Shown here piece by piece: positions 28,978-36,340 of a DNA stretch of 36,340 nt. Each line of letters begins with the position of its first letter. Position 1 is the first letter of the stretch. Origin of the DNA: an uncultured Capnocytophaga sp. (GTDB taxonomy: Bacteria; Bacteroidota; Bacteroidia; Flavobacteriales; Flavobacteriaceae); assembly GCA_905372595.1 (NCBI GenBank), contig CAJPPS010000001.1, positions 1-36,340 on the forward strand, written 5' to 3'. The position numbers and the translations under genes were made by a program. The notes under the pieces were generated by a model, which saw only the letters and a list, made by a program, of their open reading frames with translations, did no database searches and was not told the origin of the DNA.

Positions 28978-30084
28978 CTAATCATCAGTTAATACAGAAA
29001 AATCTTTTCTAGGGACAGGATTTCCTTCAAAATCGCTACCCACTACATAAGGATAACGGCTACGTATTTCCGCACGGAGCTCATCAAGATTGATATGCCA
29101 CTCATCAGTAAGGTACTTCTTAAGAATAGCTAGTTTTTGTTCTATTTTTTGCTTCCCCGTATAGGTTTCTGTAGGACGAATTTTGGAATCGGCTCGCCTG
29201 AGTTCCTCTTCCCATACCTTAGAGGATTCATAATAGTTCCATTCTCCATCATAAAGGCTACCATAGTTAGTGAATTTAGCCTTCCAAGCGGTATATAGAG
29301 CATCATTAAAGCCGTCTCCATTAGTATCTAAAGAAGTATCAGTAGTAGCACAGCCACAGTCCAGTGTAGCATTATAATACACAATATAACGAGCTAAGAG
29401 CTCTACAAAGTCCTCATTACTGTTATAGCTAGAATATGCAGTGATAAAGCCTGCAGGAAGGAAATTACTGGTATTGCGATCCCAAGCCGTAATCCAGTTA
29501 TCTCGCTTATAATCGGTAGCTGAAATACGCTCATATTCTGTAGAGAAAAGCTTTGCTTGATGCCAAGTATGAGCATTCTCGTGGTAAAGAGTCGCTAGAA
29601 TATTGTCATTCAAGTAATAGATATTATTAGGTTCTATCTGATTGATTTCCAAGAGGTGAATCTTAATCCCTGCATTGGCAAAGCCAGTAATCTTAACCCC
29701 AGAAGGGTTAAACGCAGGCTCTCCTATCAGTACCACCGAATTAAAGGAATGTTCCTTCATAAACTGCTGTGAGGTTACCCTAATATAGGGTTCTACGAAG
29801 AGATAGTTAAAAACATTAACAAACTCTACTGCTTTTTCATATTGGGTAGGAGCAAAGGTATAAGAACGATAGATTTCACGTTCAAGGAATCGATAGACGA
29901 TATCAATATTATAAGGCTTAGAAAGCGTTTTCTCGATATAACGATCTAGCGCATTTTGAGGGTTTAAGCTCTGTTCATCTCCTCCCTGAGAGAGAATACC
30001 ACTCTCTGAAGAAGTATCATTGTCTTTGCCACAGCTCAAGAAGAGTAGTGGAAGGATTATTAGTATATAGTATATTTTTTTCAT
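28978..30084 (-). CDS. Zinc metallohydrolase/metallopeptidase lipoprotein (cassette 3)
   Basis: Lipobox FLSC-GKDND; YHENAHTWHQ; GFITAYS and EDFVE. Confidence 0.85.
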   Translation of the reverse strand: MKKIYYILIILPLLFLSCGKDNDTSSESGILSQGGDEQSLNPQNALDRYIEKTLSKPYNIDIVYRFLEREIYRSYTFAPTQYEKAVEFVNVFNYLFVEPYIRVTSQQFMKEHSFNSVVLIGEPAFNPSGVKITGFANAGIKIHLLEINQIEPNNIYYLNDNILATLYHENAHTWHQAKLFSTEYERISATDYKRDNWITAWDRNTSNFLPAGFITAYSSYNSNEDFVELLARYIVYYNATLDCGCATTDTSLDTNGDGFNDALYTAWKAKFTNYGSLYDGEWNYYESSKVWEEELRRADSKIRPTETYTGKQKIEQKLAILKKYLTDEWHINLDELRAEIRSRYPYVVGSDFEGNPVPRKDFSVLTDD

Positions 30085-30102
30085 AAGGCAAAAAAGCTTT
30101 AA

Positions 30103-31728
30103 TTATCTAGGGTTAGGCGTAGTTCCTGCCTGAATGACCATAGCAGGGAGCTGTAAGGTTCTTCTAAGGTCACTGGGTGGAAGTGTCGTCTTAACAGTGA
30201 ATAAGTTACGATTGATATTATCCGTCTCATAGCGGACAACTTCTATATTATACCTACGTACATCCTGCCAGCGCAAACCATCTCCAAGAGTTAGGATACG
30301 ACGGCACTGAAGTAAGTAGTGTAAAAGAGGTTCCTGCTTACCATCATTAAGAAGCGTAAATGAAGGAGATAACCTTTTCTTCTGGGTAGCTCCTGTATTG
30401 GTAGCCTCAGAATAGTTGATATTATTATAGAAATCATAGACTGTCTGTAAATCATTTATGGTATTACGATTGGTATAACCACTTATCGTTTTAACCTGAA
30501 TAAACTTAGAAGTCCACATATTGATATCCTCCAAGGCACTTTGGTAGTTAGCATCTCCTCCTAAAAGGATTTTTGCTTCAGCACGTACCAAAAGGGTTTC
30601 ATCGGTGGTAAAAGGCACCATCACACTTCTAGAATAGTCTCCTGAGAAAATAGGCCATTTGTCAAAGAAAACAATATCATTTTCGTTACTAGAAGTTTTG
30701 ATAGGCATAAACCAGAAGAACTCATATCCGAAGTTATTAGATCCTGTTTTTCCTTCTGGATCCCATAGGTTCTTGGTAGCCACAGTCTCTTGGTTGGCAA
30801 TACGGCTATTGTGAGTATATCGGCGAGAATAGTCCTCAGAGATATAGTTGGTAATCTGGGAAAATACAGGCAATAGCAGAAGATTGGCAGGGATATCCTC
30901 ACGAGTATAATAGAGCGCACGGCTTCCCTGCTTGGTACTTCCCGCCTTATTTACATCTCGGAAATCCTCCCACTTCCTCAGCAAGCTGAGAGTCGTATTA
31001 TTATTAGTAGTAAGTACCTCATTAGCGGCATCTATTGCTTTTTGCCACTGCTGGTAATAAAGGTAAAAACGAGCAGCAAAAGCATAGGCTGCTTTCTTGT
31101 TAAAATGATATTTAGGCTGCTCATAAAAGCTATCATTGATTAGTGGAAGTCCTTGGGTAAGGTCGGCATCAATCTGCTGATAGACCTGAGCGAGAGTTCC
31201 TCTGGGCTGTAGGTTGTTAAGCTCTTTTTCTGGCTCAGTCTTATAAGGGATTCCCAAATCTGTAGCACTTTCGGTAGGATGGTAAGGCTTACAGAAAAGG
31301 TTGGCTAGCTCAAAATGCGCATAAGCACGTGCCACAAGAGCTTCTCCTTTAGCAGCTTGTAACTCGGAAGTGTTCCCTAATTTTTCTATTGCTTCAAGGG
31401 CTGTATTAGCGTGATTGATAGCTTGGTAATGGTATTGCCATACATTTCTAAGTCCTTCATAATCAAAATATTCCTGTGCAGGTCGCCAGTAAGCAACCTC
31501 TTCACTAAGAAAGTTAGAGTAAGTAATAAGGCTTCCTCCATCCCCGATATTATCTGAGGAAAGTTCGTTCAGCAAACTAGCACTTACCTGAGGGTAGGCA
31601 TATACCAAGAGCTTCCCTACTTTTTCAGGAGTATCGATACGTACTTGCGCATCAGGAATTTCATCTAGGAGCTTATTACAGCCCGTAATGATGAATAAAG
31701 AGGTAAGTATAAGGGTAATTTTCTTCAT
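30103..31728 (-). CDS. SusD/RagB family lipoprotein (cassette 3)
   Basis: Lipobox ITGC-NKLLDEIPD; GEALVARAYAHF, GDGLRWQDVRRY, PNPR. Confidence 0.92.
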   Translation of the reverse strand: MKKITLILTSLFIITGCNKLLDEIPDAQVRIDTPEKVGKLLVYAYPQVSASLLNELSSDNIGDGGSLITYSNFLSEEVAYWRPAQEYFDYEGLRNVWQYHYQAINHANTALEAIEKLGNTSELQAAKGEALVARAYAHFELANLFCKPYHPTESATDLGIPYKTEPEKELNNLQPRGTLAQVYQQIDADLTQGLPLINDSFYEQPKYHFNKKAAYAFAARFYLYYQQWQKAIDAANEVLTTNNNTTLSLLRKWEDFRDVNKAGSTKQGSRALYYTREDIPANLLLLPVFSQITNYISEDYSRRYTHNSRIANQETVATKNLWDPEGKTGSNNFGYEFFWFMPIKTSSNENDIVFFDKWPIFSGDYSRSVMVPFTTDETLLVRAEAKILLGGDANYQSALEDINMWTSKFIQVKTISGYTNRNTINDLQTVYDFYNNINYSEATNTGATQKKRLSPSFTLLNDGKQEPLLHYLLQCRRILTLGDGLRWQDVRRYNIEVVRYETDNINRNLFTVKTTLPPSDLRRTLQLPAMVIQAGTTPNPR

Positions 31729-31738
31729 ATTATAATTA

Positions 31739-34700
31739 TTAAAGTCCTATTCGGAGAGTGAAAATGATTCGTTTGGGAGAGATGGGGGTATATCCATTGG
31801 CTAGATAGTCAGGATCATCTCCATTGAGCTTCTTATCGGCATAGAGTAAGGCTACATTAGTAGCTTGTAACTTAAGACTAAGCTGACGAATACGGCTATT
31901 CTGTAAAAATTCCCTATCAAAGGTATATCCTAAGGAAATCTCTTTCAGGCGAATATTATCTCCCTTGGCGATACGTACATCGGAATAATCATAGGTAAGA
32001 TATGCCTGAGTTACATTCTTCCATCCTCCATATATTTTCTCATACATATAAGTTGTGTAAAGGCGAGGAATATTTGTTTTTTGTTCATCTCCTGCATATT
32101 GCCAACGGTTATTGAGCTCGCGGGGAGCTGAGGTGTAGTCATTATAGACATCGCTTACCCTCCTGAGTCGTACTACATTTCCATAAGAATAAGTGAATAC
32201 TACCCCTAAAGAAATTCCCTTATAATTAAAGGTATTGGTAAAACTTCCCTTATCAGTAGGAATGAGGGTTCCTGAATATTTTAGGAAATCCACATTCTGG
32301 CTATCAAAGCGAATATTACTAATAGTCGTATTACCATCGGCATCTTGGAAAGTAGGAAGCCCTTTATTATTAAGCCCATTAAAAGGTACTGAGAAAAGGG
32401 ATTTCAAGGGGTATCCTTCCTTAGCAAACCCTCCTGGTGAGGTAGCATCGGAAGAATTATACCCTACCATATCAGAGATATTGGGACTGGTAAGGAGCTT
32501 AGTCACCTCATTCTTGGCTCGAGAATAAACAAAGGAGGTTCTCCAAGAGAAATCCCCTCGCTGGATATTAGTGGTTTCCAAACCTAATTCAAGCCCTCGG
32601 ATACGCATTTCAGCCATATTCCCTTTCTTAACAATATTTCCTCCCAATCCTTGAGTAATAATATCACCTATAAGGTCATAACTCCTACGATTGAACCAGT
32701 CTATAGAGATATTTATACGATCATCGAAGAGACCAAAAGCTGTTCCCAGGTTCAGTTCCTGATTTTTCTCATAGGTAAGGTTATGGTTAGCTTCATTACT
32801 AATGCGAAGTCCTATCTCCTGCTGAGAGGAATTTTTCCAAGGACGCGAAGTATAGATTTGAGAAAGAGAGTTGCTCACCGAAGGAGCTACTGCAGTTACT
32901 CCGAAGGAACCATATAAGCTCCAGTGAGAAAGAGGACTGAGATGCTTGAAGAAATTTTCTTGAGAGAGATCCCAACTGAGTCCTGTATTCCAAGTAGGCA
33001 TCCAACGAATATAACGGGACTCACCAAACTGATTAGAAGCATCATAACGCAAAGTTCCTGTAAAAGTATAGCGGTTCTTGAATGTATAAGACGCATTTCC
33101 AAAGAAAGCCTGATAATTACTAATCGTATTATTGATTGCATAATACTTAGTGGCATCTTCTTCTTGGAATTTTTTGAATAACAGATAGTTATAGGTTCCA
33201 TAATTCCCAGAGTTATAGAGGATTCCATAGTTTCTATTCACATCATTGGTATAACGAGCGTTATCCATATCAAATCCTCCAAATAAAGATACCAAGTGTA
33301 AGCCGTCTCTAAAGGAGTCATTATAGTTAAGGGTAGCCTTAAAGCTATTAGCTTGTTCTGTGTTTTCTGTTTTTATACGAATACCCCCCTGAGTAAGTAC
33401 CGGAATAGGTTGCGCAAAAGGATCATTGGGGTCTTTGTAAAGATAAGAATTATTATTTCTTACAATAGCATTGGGTATATAACGATAGGAAAGAGCTTCA
33501 TTGGAGTTTTCTGTCTTTTCTTGGTTATATATAGAAGACTGGTAACGGATGGCTCCCATTACTACAGCCTCAAGCTTAGGAGTAATCTTCCAAGAGAGTT
33601 GTGCTTGGAGGCGCAAGGTGGCTATATCGGTATCCATATACGCATTCTCAATCTCATTGAAGATATTATAAGGCGTATAACGATGGGTATAGTATGCTTT
33701 AGGATCAAGGGTGCGAGAACGATTTAGTGCATACTTATAAAGTGAGCCTGTAGAGGAAATATAAGGAGAGGTTTCATCACGATAGGACAAGTCAGTAATA
33801 ACATTCAGAGAAATTACCTTAGATAGGTTATAAATGGCATTGAGGTTCCCTGCATACTGAGCTAGCTTGCTCCCTTTTGTCCATCCTGGATCAGAGAGAA
33901 GGCTCAAGGAGGCATAATAAGAGGATTTCTCACTTCCTGAAGAAAATGAAAGTGTATGGTTCTGCATAATACTTGTTTGGAAAAGTTGCTTAAACCAGTC
34001 AGTATTTCTGCGTTCAGCAGCTTGCATATAAGCTAGTCGTCCTTGAGCTGTATTGGGAACAACAGAGTTACCTTGTGCATCGAGGGTATTATAGAGCTCA
34101 TACATCTTACCCATCACCCCTTTATCGGAAGAAAAGACCATATCATCTGCCTTAAAATGCCCTCCCTGTAGAAGTTCTTGAATAACAGACATTTGGTCTT
34201 TAGAATTCATTATATTATACTCTCCATAAGTAGGAATCAAGCGAAAAGTAGATTCGTTGGTATAGGTAAAAGAGCTACTTCCGGCAGTCCCCTTTTTGGT
34301 AGTAATCACCACTACCCCGGCGATGGCTCGAGGTCCATAGATGGCTGTTGCAGAAGCATCCTTAAGGACGTTAAAGCTCTCAATACTCTCAGCTGTAAGC
34401 CCTGGTATTGCTGAAGCAATGAGCATCTTGGCATCATCAGAGACAAGCTCCTCAGGCTTTAGGCTGATATCGTCCTGAAGAATCACTCCATTAAGCACCC
34501 AGAGAGGTTTTACTTCTTTTGCAATGGAAGTTTGCCCCCTTGTATTGGTATTCATAGGAGTATTCTTCTCTTTTTTCTCTGGGGTAGTTGTAGTTACTTT
34601 GTCTCCTTCCATAATAAGGTCCAGTACCGTTGTGGTAGGAGTTACCTCATAGGATTTCATTCCTTGTAAAGAAAAAATAAGGGTATCTCCCTTTGTAATC

Positions 34701-34900
34701 TCTATAGAGTACTGCCCACTGAAATCGGTAACAGTACTATGAGAGGTATTCTTCACACTGATGAGTACCCCCACAAGAGGCTTAGCATTGGCATCCTTCA
34801 CTATCCCCGTGAGAGTTTGCCTCTGTTGAGCTAAGGAGATATTTCCCATACTTAGGCAAAGAAATAACCCTAGCAGAAACTTGATTTTCAATATATTCAT
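31739..34900 (-). CDS. SusC/RagA family outer-membrane transporter with truncated plug and no evident TonB box (cassette 3)
   Basis: Start corrected to ATG 34900 (MNILKIK..., matching the paralogs and lying downstream of the promoter box); LKDASATAIYGPRAIAGVVVITTKKG; ends FTLRIGL. Confidence 0.92.
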   Translation of the reverse strand: MNILKIKFLLGLFLCLSMGNISLAQQRQTLTGIVKDANAKPLVGVLISVKNTSHSTVTDFSGQYSIEITKGDTLIFSLQGMKSYEVTPTTTVLDLIMEGDKVTTTTPEKKEKNTPMNTNTRGQTSIAKEVKPLWVLNGVILQDDISLKPEELVSDDAKMLIASAIPGLTAESIESFNVLKDASATAIYGPRAIAGVVVITTKKGTAGSSSFTYTNESTFRLIPTYGEYNIMNSKDQMSVIQELLQGGHFKADDMVFSSDKGVMGKMYELYNTLDAQGNSVVPNTAQGRLAYMQAAERRNTDWFKQLFQTSIMQNHTLSFSSGSEKSSYYASLSLLSDPGWTKGSKLAQYAGNLNAIYNLSKVISLNVITDLSYRDETSPYISSTGSLYKYALNRSRTLDPKAYYTHRYTPYNIFNEIENAYMDTDIATLRLQAQLSWKITPKLEAVVMGAIRYQSSIYNQEKTENSNEALSYRYIPNAIVRNNNSYLYKDPNDPFAQPIPVLTQGGIRIKTENTEQANSFKATLNYNDSFRDGLHLVSLFGGFDMDNARYTNDVNRNYGILYNSGNYGTYNYLLFKKFQEEDATKYYAINNTISNYQAFFGNASYTFKNRYTFTGTLRYDASNQFGESRYIRWMPTWNTGLSWDLSQENFFKHLSPLSHWSLYGSFGVTAVAPSVSNSLSQIYTSRPWKNSSQQEIGLRISNEANHNLTYEKNQELNLGTAFGLFDDRINISIDWFNRRSYDLIGDIITQGLGGNIVKKGNMAEMRIRGLELGLETTNIQRGDFSWRTSFVYSRAKNEVTKLLTSPNISDMVGYNSSDATSPGGFAKEGYPLKSLFSVPFNGLNNKGLPTFQDADGNTTISNIRFDSQNVDFLKYSGTLIPTDKGSFTNTFNYKGISLGVVFTYSYGNVVRLRRVSDVYNDYTSAPRELNNRWQYAGDEQKTNIPRLYTTYMYEKIYGGWKNVTQAYLTYDYSDVRIAKGDNIRLKEISLGYTFDREFLQNSRIRQLSLKLQATNVALLYADKKLNGDDPDYLANGYTPISPKRIIFTLRIGL

Positions 34901-34964
34901 ATCCTTAATTATAAGCACAATAATCCTTTCTATGAGGCTTATAGAAGAGCTCTCATAAATAGAG

Positions 34965-34972
34965 CAAATATA
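34965..34972 (-). promoter_or_regulatory. -7 promoter box of cassette 3
   Basis: TATATTTG on the minus strand 65 bp upstream of ATG 34900. Confidence 0.65.
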
Positions 34973-35100
34973 CAAAAAAAGAATTATCATACATATTCTT
35001 TAATTGTATTTTAACTAAAATGCTGTTTAATTAAAAAAATGAAGTCTTGGCAGCCTTAAAATTACAGATTTTTAAATCTTTTATTAGTAGAAAAAAACTA

Positions 35101-36015
35101 TTAATTATCCGATTTTTTGAGCTTTAGTAGGGAAGCATTCAGCTCAAATCCCAGAAGAAGAATGGTAGCATTGAGCCATATATATAATAGGAAGATGAGC
35201 AAAGCCCCTATAGACCCATACAGCTGATTATAGCGAGCAAAATGTTCTATATAAATCCCAAAACCATAGGTAGTAAGAATAAAAAGCAACAAAGTGAGCA
35301 ATGAACCTGCCGAAAAGAAACGATTTCCTTTCTCAGGAGTACCAAAATGGAAAAGAATAGAAACGCATAGGTAGGTTACTAGAATAAAAAACACCTTCTT
35401 AATCAGAGGAACCAGCCATTCCATTTGCTCAAATAAGGGCAATATCCCCAAACTGCGAACATACTCAAAGGCAAGCCAGAGAATCACTGAGAAAAGCAAT
35501 ACGAAGACCAAAAGCATAGCCACTCCCATTGAAATAAAATATTGCTGAATAACGCCACGAGTTTGTTCTATATGATAAGAGGTTTCAAAGCCTCCAAAAA
35601 CTGCGTTAATACCATTGGTAGTCAAAAAAATGGAAAGAATGAATACTGTAGAGAGTAAACCTGCTCGCTTTTTACTAGCAATATCCACGAAGATATCTTC
35701 AAAAAAAGAATGCGTCCCTGGAGGTAGGAGATTATCAATAAATACCCAAAAATCATTCTGAAAGTCCTCAATAGGAATATAAGGAATCAGATTCAGTACC
35801 ACCAGTAAAAAAGGAAATATAGCTACAAAAAAACTATAGGAAATAGCACTTGCCCTATAAGTAAGGGCACCCCTAACAATCCCTATTGTATAGAGTACAA
35901 GGAGGTCATAGAGAGAAAAAGCCTGCTTTTTCCCCAAGGGAATCTGCTTAAAAAAATAAACTAATTTCTCTATCAAAGGAAGCGATTCTATATAGTCTTT
36001 CAGAGTTTTAGCCAT
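35101..36015 (-). CDS. YihY/virulence factor BrkB family membrane protein
   Basis: RASAISYSFFVAIFPFL and YNQLYGSIGALLIFLLYIWLNATILLLGFELN motifs. Confidence 0.92.
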   Translation of the reverse strand: MAKTLKDYIESLPLIEKLVYFFKQIPLGKKQAFSLYDLLVLYTIGIVRGALTYRASAISYSFFVAIFPFLLVVLNLIPYIPIEDFQNDFWVFIDNLLPPGTHSFFEDIFVDIASKKRAGLLSTVFILSIFLTTNGINAVFGGFETSYHIEQTRGVIQQYFISMGVAMLLVFVLLFSVILWLAFEYVRSLGILPLFEQMEWLVPLIKKVFFILVTYLCVSILFHFGTPEKGNRFFSAGSLLTLLLFILTTYGFGIYIEHFARYNQLYGSIGALLIFLLYIWLNATILLLGFELNASLLKLKKSDN

Positions 36016-36055
36016 TCATAAATTATTTGTTATACAGATATGAAAAGAACTCTTA

Positions 36056-36113
36056 CAAAAGTATCAATACTTCTGTAAAAGTAGCTTTCTATTTCCTATT
36101 GTAAGCAAAGGTA
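36056..36113 (-). promoter_or_regulatory. Two candidate -7 boxes upstream of the yihY-family gene
   Basis: TACCTTTG (36113-36106) and TACTTTTG (36063-36056) on the minus strand. Confidence 0.5.
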
Positions 36114-36119
36114 ATCTTA

Positions 36120-36305
36120 CTAAGCCTGTTGCTTATGAAGCTTTCTCTCAGCTCGTTTCTCTTTGATACGCTCTATAATGGAACCAAAGAGCCAATAAGG
36201 AACCACATAGGTAAGAAGGAATATCATCAGCCAGAATCCCATTGTAGCCACTCCTAAGAAAGCTAGAAAGCCCAAATATTCTTGGAAAGAAAAATCTACT
36301 TGCAT
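36120..36305 (-). CDS. Small hypothetical membrane protein (61 aa)
   Basis: ATG 36305 (MQVDFSFQEYLGFLAF...) lies 20 bp downstream of a TATCTTTG box; hydrophobic core and basic C-terminal tail. Confidence 0.7.
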   Translation of the reverse strand: MQVDFSFQEYLGFLAFLGVATMGFWLMIFLLTYVVPYWLFGSIIERIKEKRAERKLHKQQA

Positions 36306-36324
36306 ATTGTTGTTTTTAGTGAGG

Positions 36325-36332
36325 CAAAGATA
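36325..36332 (-). promoter_or_regulatory. -7 promoter box for the small membrane protein
   Basis: TATCTTTG on the minus strand; the -33 region is outside the window. Confidence 0.6.
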
Positions 36333-36340
36333 CAATCTTT

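Larger units (their letters stand above)
12483..34972 (-). repeat. Three diverged tandem ~7.5 kb paralogous SusC-SusD-metallohydrolase-DUF4302 cassettes
   Basis: Identical gene order and clear protein paralogy in 12483-19869, 20051-27454 and 27606-34972. Confidence 0.95.

Noticed and set aside
12939..34414. Short overlapping or antisense ORFs within the cassettes, some recurring at paralogous positions (e.g. 24733-24945 and 32235-32528)
   Set aside because: Recurrence is explained by paralogy of the sense-strand genes; no independent evidence of coding
12555..34900. Classical polysaccharide utilisation locus
   Set aside because: No glycoside hydrolase, lyase, sulfatase or HTCS/ECF regulator is visible; the associated enzyme is a HExxH zinc protein
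12483..34972. Shufflon, invertible promoters, diversity-generating retroelement or mobile island as the explanation for the array
   Set aside because: All cassettes are co-oriented. I saw no recombinase, reverse transcriptase, integrase, transposase, tRNA or flanking long repeats, and differences between paralogs are not restricted to adenines
34901..34990. 30 aa N-terminal extension of SusC3 in the ORF track
   Set aside because: It spans the promoter box and is absent from the paralogs; ATG 34900 gives a normal signal peptide
1..36340. CRISPR array, tRNA or rRNA genes
   Set aside because: Intergenic regions are short (under ~350 bp) and show no repeat-spacer periodicity or cloverleaf signatures

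Overview
Chromosomal window from a Bacteroidota (Flavobacteriaceae) bacterium, most likely Capnocytophaga-like. This is inferred from the RpoB sequence, the TAnnTTTG promoters and the lipoprotein/SusCD content. The left third (1-12.3 kb) is mostly housekeeping: rpoB with its own promoter, a YD-like secreted protein, an SMI1/KNR4 protein, DUF4476, pssA, an FKBP lipoprotein, hslR, a PyrR-like PRTase, an orphan HmuT-like membrane protein, a UbiA-family prenyltransferase, a histone deacetylase-family protein and DUF805. The main feature is 12.5-35.0 kb: three tandem, paralogous four-gene cassettes on the minus strand (SusC-like, SusD-like, HExxH zinc-metallohydrolase lipoprotein, DUF4302-like lipoprotein), each with its own promoter box and terminator. 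All three SusC-like proteins appear to lack the TonB box and the first half of the plug domain. The cassettes look like 'half' versions of the double-SusC/double-SusD ICS-type iron-capture loci. They are recombinational mosaics, with 26-35 bp identical DNA tracts shared between different pairs, and they carry hypervariable surface loops. The window ends with a yihY/brkB-family gene and a small membrane protein. All family names come from motif recognition by eye, not database searches.
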